Positions 8,963-18,726 are shown, numbered from the stretch's first letter. The stretch is 64,000 nt of DNA from Ostreococcus lucimarinus (GCA_000092065.1 CP000596.1), one strand, 5' to 3'. A program made the numbers and translations. Notes: generated from the sequence alone by a model not told the origin.

Positions 8963-10714
8963 ATGCACGTTCCACCGGCGAAATCACCGCCGAAATCGTC
9001 GTCTTGGAGAGCGTTCATGTTTTCCTTTGTCTTCACGCTGTTTGCGTTGGGAGTTTTCACACACCCAAAAACCATGGTTGTGGCACACGAAGCGGTCTCG
9101 CGCGCGTCAACGCAGGGAAAAATGTTGCATAAAATCGTTACCGATCCTGAGCGGAGACAAGAGGCGTGGATGAGCGCGAACGAGCGAGCAAATGTCATCA
9201 GCGAGGGCATCACCGCTGTGCGTTTTCTTTGGATTTCGCCGTGCGTGCAATTTGCCGTCGGCGTGCTTGCCCTTCTCTCGTCGCTCGTCGCTGCGGACAG
9301 ATTCTTTCACTGCTATGTTGCATTCTATTGGCGGTATATATCGCGCAAAAGCGCTCTCAAAAGGTTCGACTATTTCGAGTTGGAGGGCGACGAGGCTAAG
9401 TATCCGTCCGTCGTCGTTCAGCTGCCCATGTTCAACGAGACGGACGTCTGCGCGCACGTGATACAGTGCGCTCGTGAAATCCAATGGCCAAGAAATAAGT
9501 TTTTGATCCAAGTTCTCGATGATTCCACGTGCGCTGAGACGCGCGAGACGATCGAAGAGTGTTTGCATACGTGCAACGAGCAAGGTGTGCAAACCCAATA
9601 TCGATGGCGTTCCAATCGAACCGGCTACAAAGCGGGAGCGATGGCAGAGGCGATGGATGACATCGTAGATTACGACTACGTGTGCGTTTTCGATGCAGAT
9701 TTCAGTCCCGAGCCAGACTTCTTACTTAAGACGATACCGTGGATCCATTCGAACCCCCAATGCGGTTTCGTTCAAGCGCGTTGGGTGTATGCAAATGCGT
9801 CTGAAAATCTGTTGACGCGCGTGCAAAGTATTTCGCTCAACTACCACATTCGTTGCGAACAATTCGCTCGATTTTCAGCAGGTCTTTTCTTCAACTTTAA
9901 CGGTACCGCGGGAGTTTGGCGGAGAACGTGCATCGAGGACGCAGGAGGCTGGGATTGTCGCAGCACGGTGGAAGACCTCGACTTGTCCTTGCGCGCGCAT
10001 CTTCGTCGATGGAAGTTCATTTTCCTCGATCACGTCACGTGCTTAAACGAAATACCCGCGCAGTACGACGCATTTCGTAAGCAACAGCATCGCTGGAGCG
10101 CCGGACCGATGGCGCTTTGGCGCAAAGCTATGACATCGATTTGGGAGGCGGACATTCCGTTCGCGTCAAAGCTGTATTTGAACATTTTCTTCTTCGGCAC
10201 TCGCATGGCGGCGACGCACTTGGTTTCGTTTTTCTTCTACCTCTTGCTCATCCCCCTTTGCGCGACGATGCCCGAAGTCGTCGTCCCGTTCTGGGCGTTG
10301 GTCTACGCCCCCGTGCTCGTCACGATCAGCACGTGCACGTTCACGAAAAATGGCTTATTGTACGCGATACCGTACGTTTTATTCGAAAACGCCAACACTC
10401 TGGTCAAGCTCAACGCCATGATCAGTGGCTTACTCGGCTTGGAGCACGCCAACGAGTGGGTCGTCACCACGAAACTCGGCAAGTGGGTCGCTCAAAAAGT
10501 GGAACGAGCCAAAACCACCCGTCTCGCCCGGCGTCTCGCCCCGACGCTCCGCGCCAAACCGTTTCACTTCAAAGAGCTCCTCATGTCCGTCTTTTTCCTA
10601 TTTTGCGCCGTTTGGGGCGTCCTCAGGCATCGTCTCTTCGGTTACAGCGTCTTTTTGTGTCTCCAATCCGTCGTCTTCGCCGTCTTCGGCTTCAACGTCG
10701 TCGACGCCCTGTGA
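8963..10714 (+). CDS. Family-2 glycosyltransferase, cellulose-synthase-like A (mannan/glucomannan synthase-like)
   Basis: D,D,D,QxxRW signature: VVVQLPMFNE, QVLDDSTC, VFDADF, QQHRWSAGP, with flanking TM helices. The ORF track's start at 8798 is a TTG with an in-frame TGA just upstream; the first in-frame ATG is near 8963 (MHVPPAK...). Confidence 0.8.
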   Translation: MHVPPAKSPPKSSSWRAFMFSFVFTLFALGVFTHPKTMVVAHEAVSRASTQGKMLHKIVTDPERRQEAWMSANERANVISEGITAVRFLWISPCVQFAVGVLALLSSLVAADRFFHCYVAFYWRYISRKSALKRFDYFELEGDEAKYPSVVVQLPMFNETDVCAHVIQCAREIQWPRNKFLIQVLDDSTCAETRETIEECLHTCNEQGVQTQYRWRSNRTGYKAGAMAEAMDDIVDYDYVCVFDADFSPEPDFLLKTIPWIHSNPQCGFVQARWVYANASENLLTRVQSISLNYHIRCEQFARFSAGLFFNFNGTAGVWRRTCIEDAGGWDCRSTVEDLDLSLRAHLRRWKFIFLDHVTCLNEIPAQYDAFRKQQHRWSAGPMALWRKAMTSIWEADIPFASKLYLNIFFFGTRMAATHLVSFFFYLLLIPLCATMPEVVVPFWALVYAPVLVTISTCTFTKNGLLYAIPYVLFENANTLVKLNAMISGLLGLEHANEWVVTTKLGKWVAQKVERAKTTRLARRLAPTLRAKPFHFKELLMSVFFLFCAVWGVLRHRLFGYSVFLCLQSVVFAVFGFNVVDAL

Positions 10715-10795
10715 CGTCGGCGCCGCGTCGTCATCCGCGTCGACATCACTTCGACCGCTCGCGCGCCCGCTTCCGCGCGCGCGCTCGAGTCGACG

Positions 10796-12349
10796 GTGGT
10801 CAACGTAGTCACGCGTCATCCCATCCATCGCACATCCGTTCCAGTACCGTTTCCCGTCCCTGATCGCGCGCACATCGACGTATTCAAACCCCGGTTTCCC
10901 GCGACAAAGGCGCCGATCGCGCTCCGCGCGCGCCTAGCATCGCGATCCGCCGTCGCGCGCGCGTCGCCGCGCGTTTGCGATCCGCGGCGAACCCTCGCGC
11001 GCGGCGGAGCGCGACGCGCGCGTTCGAGCGCCGCGTCGTTCGCGCCGACGTCGAGCGCGAATCGCGACTCGAGCGCGCGCGCGACGGTGACGCGAACGAC
11101 GACGGACGCGATGCTCGCGCGCGCGACGCTCGCGACGCGCGCGACGCGCGCGACGACGACGACGACGACGACGCGGCGAGCGCGACGCGATGGGCGAGCG
11201 CGCGCGACGGCGGCGACGCGGGCGACGACGAGGACGCGCGCGAAGGTCGAGGGGCGGGACGCTGACGACGACCGAAGCGCGATGGTGCGGACGCGCGGGA
11301 CGACGCGCGGGACGACGCGCGCGCGCGGGACGCGAGGGACGGCGACGCGCGCGGTGCTGGGAAGCGGCGACGCGGACGAGGACGACGCGGCGGCGACGCG
11401 AGCGACGAATCAAGGACGGTTGCTGCTGGTGCTGGTGGCGATGGCGTACGGATCGCTGAGCGTGTCGTTGAAATTGGTGTTCGAATCCGCGGGCGCGCCC
11501 ACGGCGGGCGTGCTCGGCGGCGTGCGAGGTTTGATGACGATTTTGTGCTTCGCGCCGATGTTGATGGCGAAGGATTCGAAGGGGGGGGAAGGTTTCGAAA
11601 CCGGCGCTGGATTTTGGCGAAGCGCGGCGGAGTTGGCGTTTTGGAATCTCGGGAATCAGGGATTGTGTAACGTCGCGCTGTTGTTCACCGACGCCACGCG
11701 CGTGAGCTTCTTCACGCAAGCCTCCATCGCGTTCACGCCCTTCATCGCGAGCTTGGGGGGCGATAAGGTGAAGTCCATGACGTGGCTTGGGTGCGCGTTG
11801 GCGTTCTGCGGCGTCGCCGTGCTCGGCATGGATGGTGGCGCGGCGGCTGAACTCGGTGGGAATTTCAATCTCGGCGATTTACTCGCGCTCGCGGGCGCGG
11901 CTTCGTATTCCATGTACGTCTATCGCATCGGGCAATTCGCCAAGCAGGGGTTTTCCGGACAAGGATTGCAGGTGTGGAAAAACGTTTTTCTGGCGGCGAT
12001 GTACGGCGGTTGGATGCTGTATGATGTGTTCGCCTTCACTTCTGGCGTGCCTGGAGCCGCCGTCCCGTGGGCTGGTTGGCAAAATTTGAAGATTTGGGTC
12101 CTGCTCGCCTTCACCGCCATCGTTCCCGGTTGCCTCGCCGATTTGGGGCAAGCCAAAGGGCAAGAAACCGTCTCGGCTTCTGAGAGCTCGGTCTTACTCG
12201 CGGGCGAACCATTGTTCGCCGCCGTGTTCGGTGCTGTCACTTTAGGAGAAATCCTCGGCCCTATGGGTTACGTGGGAGGAGCGCTCATCGTCTTCGGTGG
12301 GCTGGTCGCCGGCGACGTGTTCGCGTCGAAGAAATCTTTGACCAAGTGA
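10796..12349 (+). CDS. EamA/DMT-superfamily membrane transporter (N-terminal ~200 aa low complexity, start uncertain)
   Basis: The C-terminal ~320 aa has about 10 predicted TM helices with EamA-like duplicated halves (LLLVLVAMAYGSLS..., ...LAGEPLFAAVFGAVTLGEIL). The N-terminal A/R/T-rich part may be a transit peptide or non-coding. Confidence 0.6.
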   Translation: MVNVVTRHPIHRTSVPVPFPVPDRAHIDVFKPRFPATKAPIALRARLASRSAVARASPRVCDPRRTLARGGARRARSSAASFAPTSSANRDSSARATVTRTTTDAMLARATLATRATRATTTTTTTRRARRDGRARATAATRATTRTRAKVEGRDADDDRSAMVRTRGTTRGTTRARGTRGTATRAVLGSGDADEDDAAATRATNQGRLLLVLVAMAYGSLSVSLKLVFESAGAPTAGVLGGVRGLMTILCFAPMLMAKDSKGGEGFETGAGFWRSAAELAFWNLGNQGLCNVALLFTDATRVSFFTQASIAFTPFIASLGGDKVKSMTWLGCALAFCGVAVLGMDGGAAAELGGNFNLGDLLALAGAASYSMYVYRIGQFAKQGFSGQGLQVWKNVFLAAMYGGWMLYDVFAFTSGVPGAAVPWAGWQNLKIWVLLAFTAIVPGCLADLGQAKGQETVSASESSVLLAGEPLFAAVFGAVTLGEILGPMGYVGGALIVFGGLVAGDVFASKKSLTK

Positions 12350-12443
12350 AGTCACCTTCATTCGTGAGAACCATTTTTGTACGCATCATACGATTGCATA
12401 TTATTTCTAGTTCTAGGTGACAATAGATTGATAGATCAGTTTT

Positions 12444-14246
12444 CTAATCGATACAACGTATGTCTAATACCGCCTCATTACCTAGTATCGTCGGACACTC
12501 GACGACGCCCCGTTCATTTGGTTTTAATTGGCCGTGCTTGTTCGAGCCGAACCCCCACACGCGATTGGTTTCATCGACTCCTACGACATGTTTCGTACCG
12601 GCGCTCACCGACACCAACTTGGGGAGGCCTTCGAGCTTCTGAGGCACGTACACTTTCGACCCGACATGCCCGCACGCATAGTCGTCGTTCGAGCCCCACG
12701 TGAAAAGCTCGCCTTCGTCCGTGAGGCACGCGGAGTGCGCCCCACCCGCCGCGCACGAAACAATCCGATCCGAAACGTCGATTATCGCCATCGCTGGCCA
12801 ATTCCTAGGGCCATCTCGCCCGAGCTGTTTCATCGAGTTGTCGCCCCACGAGTACAAGGCGCCGTCGGTCGTCACCGCCAACGTGTGCTTGGCGCCCATG
12901 TCAAAATCAACCACGCCGTCGATCGTCGCGACGAGCACTGGAGTGTCTCGCACGCATAAGTTATCACCAAGTCCTAAGTTTCCATTTCGATTGTCTCCAA
13001 AGCAATAAAGTCTACCGTCGATGGTTTGGCAGCCCGAGGAATACCGGCAAGCCCGTATTTTAGCGATACGTTTATCCTCGAGCGCGACAATCTGTCTCGG
13101 TGCGCTCGGTGTGTCGAACAATAAAAAGCTCTGGTGCGGTGGCGGCGAACCGCCGCCGTACGTGCGCGATTTTCGTCTACCACCGCCAGCCGTCGGGGAC
13201 CCGCCCAGAGAGATGCGAGACATCGCTTCGCCCATGCGAAACCTCCCGTGGCCGCATTGCCCAGCGGCGTCGCCGCCCCACGACCACACTTTCCCATCAT
13301 CCGTGAGCGCTAAAGCGTGCACTCGTCCCAGCGCAAGCTGAACCACACGTGCGTTTGGACCACCAAAATCACGAGGCGACGGCGGCGTCAGGAGCCCCCG
13401 CAGCTCGTCGCGCACCGCGGACGAGTGCCCAAACATCCCCGGTGGCGAGCCCCTCCGCCCGAAACGCGCCTCGTCGTTGGCGCACTCTGTCGCCGTGACT
13501 AAAACCTCACCGTTATGATTCACTCGAATCACGCACGCGTGTCCAGCCACCGCAATCATCGCGCGACCTAACGCGTCGTCGTCCGCCTCGGTCCCGCAGC
13601 CTCGCGTTCGCGTTCGCCCATCCCTCGTCGTCGTCGTCGTCGCGTTTTCGTTCGCCACCGCCACGACGTTTGGAACATTTTTATCGTCCCCCCACATCCG
13701 CTCTCGCGCCTCGACGAACTTCAGAACATCGATCCACGTCTCTCCGCGTCTCGGCGTCTCCTCCGCGCCGCGTCTCCGCGCGCGCCGCTCCGCCGCGCGC
13801 GCCGCGTCTTCCCCGAACCCCATCCGCGCCAGCGTCGCCAGCGCGTCCGCCGCGCAAAACGACAGCGCGTGTATCCGCACGTCTCTCGGCAGCGCGTCGA
13901 GCGCGCCGAGCTCGGGCGCGTCGTCGCCGTCGCGTCGTTCGTTATCCCGGCCGCGTCGTCCACCCCTCGACGTCGTCGCGGCGTCCCCATCGCGCGCGCG
14001 CGCGTCGTCTCGACGCAGACTCGCGCGAAGCATCGACCGCGCCGTCGACGCGCGCGCGCGTCGCGTTCCGCCGTCGCGCGCCGCGTCGACGGCGCGCGCG
14101 CGCCGAACGAACGGACGCCGCGCGAGGCGAAAATCAGCCGCGATCGCGCGTAACGAAGCGTCGAAACGGCCCATGCGAAACCGCGGCGCGCGGAACGATA
14201 AAAAGTGACGCGCGGCGCGTTCGGGGCGCGGCGAGTCACGGTTCAT
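12444..14246 (-). CDS. F-box-like + RCC1-repeat protein
   Basis: Several RCC1 blades are present (HTLAVTTDGALYSWGDNSMKQLG, SAGTKHVVGVDETNRVWGFGSNKHGQL, HALALTDDGKVWSWG). An N-proximal LDALPRDVRIHALSFCAADALATLARM is F-box-like. Confidence 0.75.
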   Translation of the reverse strand: MNRDSPRPERAARHFLSFRAPRFRMGRFDASLRAIAADFRLARRPFVRRARAVDAARDGGTRRARASTARSMLRASLRRDDARARDGDAATTSRGGRRGRDNERRDGDDAPELGALDALPRDVRIHALSFCAADALATLARMGFGEDAARAAERRARRRGAEETPRRGETWIDVLKFVEARERMWGDDKNVPNVVAVANENATTTTTRDGRTRTRGCGTEADDDALGRAMIAVAGHACVIRVNHNGEVLVTATECANDEARFGRRGSPPGMFGHSSAVRDELRGLLTPPSPRDFGGPNARVVQLALGRVHALALTDDGKVWSWGGDAAGQCGHGRFRMGEAMSRISLGGSPTAGGGRRKSRTYGGGSPPPHQSFLLFDTPSAPRQIVALEDKRIAKIRACRYSSGCQTIDGRLYCFGDNRNGNLGLGDNLCVRDTPVLVATIDGVVDFDMGAKHTLAVTTDGALYSWGDNSMKQLGRDGPRNWPAMAIIDVSDRIVSCAAGGAHSACLTDEGELFTWGSNDDYACGHVGSKVYVPQKLEGLPKLVSVSAGTKHVVGVDETNRVWGFGSNKHGQLKPNERGVVECPTILGNEAVLDIRCID

Positions 14247-14312
14247 GACTCGTCATGTGTGTAGGTACTCTCTCAAGGGGCGATATACATTTTTCCGGCG
14301 AGATCTCGAGTA
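14237..14312 (+). repeat. Copy A (5'-truncated, diverged TATACAT) of an ~87-bp promoter-associated dispersed element
   Basis: cacggttcatgactcgtcatgtgtgtaggtactctctcaaggggcgatatacatttttcc. It overlaps the ATG of the RCC1 gene (atgaaccgtg on the minus strand). Confidence 0.8.
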
Positions 14313-14630
14313 TTTTCGACATTTTTTATCACGGTTAAACAGTCTTAACAGGTGATATAGTACGTACATACAAAATGATAAAAAGTTGCTTCCCGGTGTG
14401 ATTTAGCCACCCCCAGATCTCGCGTCGACGTAACTTTTTATCGATCACGAGATACGCATTGAAGTATCATCCGAGACCATGTATATAAAGTAAATCGTAC
14501 AACATTCGGTGATGCTCGAGCAAACAGTCCGCGAGTGGTTTGAAACTCGCGGTCGGACGGACATCGCGATGCACACGCGCGCGCGACGCTGACGTCTGCG
14601 TAAACAGTGTGTTCGGACATGCGGTGAGTG

Positions 14631-14722
14631 GTGTAAAATACGTACATATCCACGGTTCATGACTCGTCATGTGTGTAGGTACTCTCTAAAGGGGCGATAT
14701 ATAAATTTTTCCGCGTCTCGGC
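14631..14722 (+). repeat. Copy B of the ~87-bp dispersed element with TATA box (gatatataaattttt) and CATGACtcGTCATG palindrome
   Basis: ggtgtaaaatacgtacatatccacggttcatgactcgtcatgtgtgtaggtactctctaaaggggcgatatataaatttttcc. It is near-identical to copy C at 29043..29128 (reverse complement), with one mismatch over about 87 nt. Confidence 0.85.
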
Positions 14723-14965
14723 ACCTCGCGCGGCGCGGTCTCGGCACACGACGACGCTCGACGACGACGCGAACGCGAACGCGAACGCGCGAACGAGCGA
14801 ACGAACGAGCGAACGAACAGCGAACGAACGACGAACGACATGGCGCTCTCGACGACGGTGCGACGCGAGCGCGAACGCGCGAACGAACGCGACGCGAACG
14901 CGAAGATGCGCGAAGATGCGCTTTCGGTGCCCAGAAGGACTGACGGCGGACGCGCGACGACGCAG

Positions 14966-15719
14966 ATGGCGCGAGACGCCGATAGCTTTTTTCGTGACGT
15001 CTTCAGAGACGCCGACGACGTGCGTACGCGGTCGCGCGCGTGGGGGGGGCGAGGGCGAAGAACGCGCGAGGGTTCTTCGGTTCGACGTCTCGTCTCGACT
15101 CGTCTCGTCTCGTCTCGTCTCGTCTCGCGCGCGCGCGAGAAGCGATGCGCGATATTTCCTTTCACGGAAAAAACTTGATCAGAAAGGACATCAAAATGAC
15201 TTGATGACTTTGTTGATTTCTTCAGGCACAAGGGTAGAGATGGACTGACTGAATGCACGCATCGCTGCGCAGTGGTTTTCGAATTTTCATCTCGCGCCCG
15301 GAATGGGTAACCCGTGGATGCCGTTGGCGCAGCGCACGCCCGGGGCGAGCGGTGCGTTGGCTCCGCTTGCGGGCGGCTTGCGCGTCATTCCTGTCGACGT
15401 TTTAGAGGATGAGAAGTCTTACGTCTTGCGTGCGGATCTTCCCGGGATGAAGAAAGAAGACGTCAACGTCGAAGTTGATGGACAGATCGTTCGAATCAGC
15501 GCGACGAAGAAGGACACGAAGAAGTGGGAGGACGAAGGATACAAGTACCATCGCGCCGAACGCCGAGACACGATGGAGTACTCGCAACGCGCGTTGAGAA
15601 TGCCGCAAAATACTGATTTCAGCAAACTCGATGCGGCGTTCGACGATGGCACTTTGACCGTGACGTTCGGTAAGCAAGCGACCTCGACGCCGACGGCGAA
15701 GCAAATCTCAATCAAGTGA
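14966..15719 (+). CDS. Small heat-shock protein (HSP20/alpha-crystallin), probably two exons (14966..15019 and 15273..15719)
   Basis: The alpha-crystallin domain in 15303..15719 is clear (VIPVDVLEDEKSYVLRADLPGMKKEDVNVEVDG...GTLTVTFGK). An intron-like 3' end (gactgactgaatgcacgcatcgctgcgcag) finishes at about 15272, with an open in-frame continuation WFSNFHLAPG upstream of the ATG at 15303. A GAC|GTGCGTACG donor at 15019/15020 follows an 18-codon MARDADSFFRDVFRDADD exon with an sHSP-like N-terminus. The alternative ATG at 14840 is in the same frame. The 5' exon model is tentative. Confidence 0.8.
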
Positions 15720-15776
15720 CCTGCTTCGCGTTTGTGAGGGATCGAAATCAAGACCATGAGCCTCGATACGTCGTTA

Positions 15777-15965
15777 GCATCTTTTGTTTTTGATTTTTGA
15801 TTGTGATACACAAACGATCAGCACTTTTACAACTCCTAGAGAATTTCCTCTTCCTAATAACGTAACGGTGGCATCTTTTGTTTTTGATTTTGATACACAA
15901 ACGATCAATATTTTTACAAATCTCCTAAAGAATTTCTTCTATCTCTTCCTAATAATGTAACGCTC
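15777..15965. repeat. Tandem duplication (2 x ~94 bp, AT-rich) in the convergent 3' region between HSP20 and the sugar-transporter gene
   Basis: gcatcttttgtttttgattt(ttgat)tgtgatacacaaacgatca...cctaataa(c/t)gtaacg occurs twice in succession. Confidence 0.8.
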
Positions 15966-15974
15966 ACTCTCCAT

Positions 15975-17099
15975 CTAGCTACCCAATAGCGGAGCCGTAT
16001 CCATCGGTCCCCGCTTTGCACCAAACCACGAACGCGGCAAGCAGGGACAAATCGTGTCGCGAGAATATCCCTGACCTGGAACGCGGAGCGGAGCTTGCTC
16101 GTAGAATATACCGCACGTCATGATTGCTAAAATCGCGTACGTTCCTTCGATGGTCGTGTGCTTATCCCAAATCATCCAATTGACGAGTTCGGAGATGAAC
16201 TTGTTGCACGTCGCCACGACGGAGACTGAAGTCGCGGAGAGCGTCTCGCGGATCCACATCGTCGAAAAACTCATTCCCAGTCCCATGAAACACGTCGCAG
16301 TTAAAACACCAAGTGCCTTCGACGTTAATGTTGTGTCCATGAGCGCCGTGCTCTCGCCAGAGAGCGCAAACAGCACCACGGCGAGCGGGATGCTCAGCAC
16401 GTTGATGTTGAACGACCTCGACCAGTTGTTGAGCGGAATCTTATCAATCGTATGCTTGGCGATCAAGCCTTCCGACACCGCGGCGACGATGAAGAGTGCG
16501 CAGAACGCGTACGCGGTCGCCGTGGAGAAGATGTCTAGATTCACGTAAAATACCGCCCCGACGACGATGCCCACCAGCGCGAGCGCCGACTTGGGTGTCG
16601 GCAGCGCTCGACCTAGGAACAGATATTCATTCAACGAAAACACCACCGGCGTCAGCGACTTGACCGCGATGAATGTTTCTAACGGTGCGCGCTGCATCAC
16701 CTCCATGCCAGCCAGTAACAGCGCGAAAAAGCTCAACGTGAGGGGCAGGAACGCCAACGCAATCTCCTTTGTGAGCGGCTCCACGGTGACTAATTTCAAA
16801 CCGTGCGCCGCGAGCAAAAGCAACGTCGTCGCCGCGAACTGGCAAAACAAGATGAAGTTCGGTGCCGGTATCATCGTCACCGCTACCTTGTTTAAAACGC
16901 TCAGCGAGCTACCGATGGCGCAGTATAAAACGATAATCCCGAGCACGCGCGCGTTGGCCCACAAGTACGTCGTCGTTTGCGCACCGTCGCGTCGCTCACC
17001 ATTCGCGCTCGGCGACGTGGGCTCTAAATCAGAGTCATCGCTCTTGTCTTGCCGAATCGGCGCGTATTTCGCCATCTTCCGCGCGCGTGGCGTCGACAA
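15975..17099 (-). CDS. Nucleotide-sugar transporter (TPT/NST family, GDP-mannose transporter-like)
   Basis: 374 aa with about 10 TM helices. NST-like blocks: LNKVAVT, FILFCQFAATTLLL, FLPLTLSFFALLLAGMEVMQRAPLETFIAVKSLTPV. Confidence 0.8.
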   Translation of the reverse strand: MSTPRARKMAKYAPIRQDKSDDSDLEPTSPSANGERRDGAQTTTYLWANARVLGIIVLYCAIGSSLSVLNKVAVTMIPAPNFILFCQFAATTLLLLAAHGLKLVTVEPLTKEIALAFLPLTLSFFALLLAGMEVMQRAPLETFIAVKSLTPVVFSLNEYLFLGRALPTPKSALALVGIVVGAVFYVNLDIFSTATAYAFCALFIVAAVSEGLIAKHTIDKIPLNNWSRSFNINVLSIPLAVVLFALSGESTALMDTTLTSKALGVLTATCFMGLGMSFSTMWIRETLSATSVSVVATCNKFISELVNWMIWDKHTTIEGTYAILAIMTCGIFYEQAPLRVPGQGYSRDTICPCLPRSWFGAKRGPMDTAPLLGS

Positions 17100-17348
17100 G
17101 TGCCGTCAAGCCAAGCGCAAGAGCCAGGGTGTTGAGACCGGGACGACGACGAGACGATGACGCTTTGCGCGACTCGTCTCACGCGCGCGACGGACGATGC
17201 GACGCCGCGATGGCGAAGAAATTTTTATACGATTACTCGAGCTTACAACCTCGACTGAATCTACCGACTCCCACCACACTAAGAAAGAGCGCGAAGACCC
17301 GTGCTAATACGTGCGTCTTCGCGCGCGAGACTTTTGAATCCCGGACGC

Positions 17349-17876
17349 ACGACGCGCCTAGTAGTTCGTCGTCACGTGCTTCTTCTTGTCACCGCCGATT
17401 TCGAACATCTTGCAACGCTTGATCGGGTGCATGTGGACTTGTTTGCACGTACCGCACTGCAAGCGCAAGACAATCTTCTTCGTCGTCTTCGCCTTCTTGT
17501 GGAACACCGGCTTGGTTTGGCCACCGTACCCCGCTTGTTTGGAATCGTAACGACGCTTCCCTGTGTTCGGTGTGCGAATCGCGCATCGAGTCGTCAGTCA
17601 CGCGTGTCGACGAGAAGAATACGTTTCACGCGCGCGTCGTCGCGCGCGTCGCATCCGCGCCATAGCTCGAGCGCGCGCGCGATCGCGCGCGTCGACCGTC
17701 ATCCGTAGGGTTTTCGCGCGCCACGCACCTTGCGCGTACAGGCTCGCCTTGCCCGTCTTGTACTGCGTCACCTTGTGCGCGGAGTGCTTCTTGCACCCCT
17801 TGCAGAACGTCTTCTTAGATTTCGGCACCTGTTCGCGTTCGCGCGCATCGGATCCGTCGTCGTCGTCAGTCATCAC
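17349..17876 (-). CDS. RPL36A: 60S ribosomal protein L44e/L36a, two exons (17729..17876 and 17349..17560 on the minus strand)
   Basis: Exon 1 encodes [33 protein letters not shown]. Exon 2 encodes [71 protein letters not shown]|GTGCGTGG donor, a tgACTGACgactcgatgcgcg branch and a CACAG acceptor support the phase-1 join. Confidence 0.85.
17561..17728 (-). other. Intron of the L44e gene (about 168 nt) containing an AAACCCTA telo-box in sense orientation (17703..17712)
   Basis: Minus-strand read: gtgcgtggcgcgcgaaaaccctacggatg...gtgactgacgactcgatgcgcgattcgcacaccgaacacag. Confidence 0.8.
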
Positions 17877-18285
17877 CGTCTCGAGCGCGATCGCTCGCGA
17901 GCCCTAACGCGCGCGCGTCCCGCGCCGTCCCATCGCGCGCGCGCGCGTCGCGTCGCGCGTCGAGCCGCCGCGTCGAACGCGTCGAGTGCGTCGCCATCGT
18001 CTCGACGTACGTTCACCATTTTCTCAACCCCACGCGCGCGTCAAAGAGGCGTCACGCGGCGTCGCGCGCGCGCCATTTGTCGCGCCCGGGATGGACATTT
18101 GCTGAACCCTGGCGCGAGGTGAATTTCCAACGACGCCGCGCGCGTCACACGACGACGCGACGCGGCGGTGCGTCCGATCGTCCCGAGCGACGCGCGACGC
18201 GAGCGAAGAGCCGACGACGACGACGACGACGACGACGCGCGCGCGCATCGACGCGCGTTCGAACGCGCGATAACGCGCACGAAGC

Positions 18286-18726
18286 ATGGAGAAGCACCAC
18301 AAACTGCGACGACCGCAAGGGTCGTCCATACACGGGTGTAACATATGCGGGATCGAGGGACATCAGGCGGCGTTTTGCATGAATGGGAACGTGGATTGGG
18401 CCAATCGATGGCCGCGCGAGTGCTTCGTCATAGAGCCGCCGCAGAGCGCACCAAAGGCGAGGAAGGAGCCAGACTTTAGGAAGATGGCGCGCGAGGCCAA
18501 GGCGTACGCCAAGAAAAAGATGCGCAAGGAGGAACGAGAGAAGCGACGGGCGGCGGGGGAGGAGGTGTCTGAGAGCGAAGAAGAACCAGCAAAGACGGAA
18601 ACCGCGACGGGTGGTGCGAAGGGGGCGATGGTGGAGGGATGGGTGATGTATTACGACAAGCTCGGACGGCCATATTACCACAACAAGCTGACGAACAAGA
18701 CGCAATGGACGGCGCCTACGGCGTAG
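18286..18726 (+). CDS. CCHC zinc-knuckle + WW-domain protein
   Basis: CNICGIEGHQAAFC is a CCHC knuckle. EGWVMYYDKLGRPYYHNKLTNKTQWTAP is a WW domain. A basic K/E-rich linker joins them. Confidence 0.7.
   Translation: MEKHHKLRRPQGSSIHGCNICGIEGHQAAFCMNGNVDWANRWPRECFVIEPPQSAPKARKEPDFRKMAREAKAYAKKKMRKEEREKRRAAGEEVSESEEEPAKTETATGGAKGAMVEGWVMYYDKLGRPYYHNKLTNKTQWTAPTA

Noticed and set aside
10934-11719. 261-aa minus-strand ORF inside the DMT gene's N-terminal region
   Set aside because: Poly-Arg artefact of an (ACG/GCG)n-rich region.
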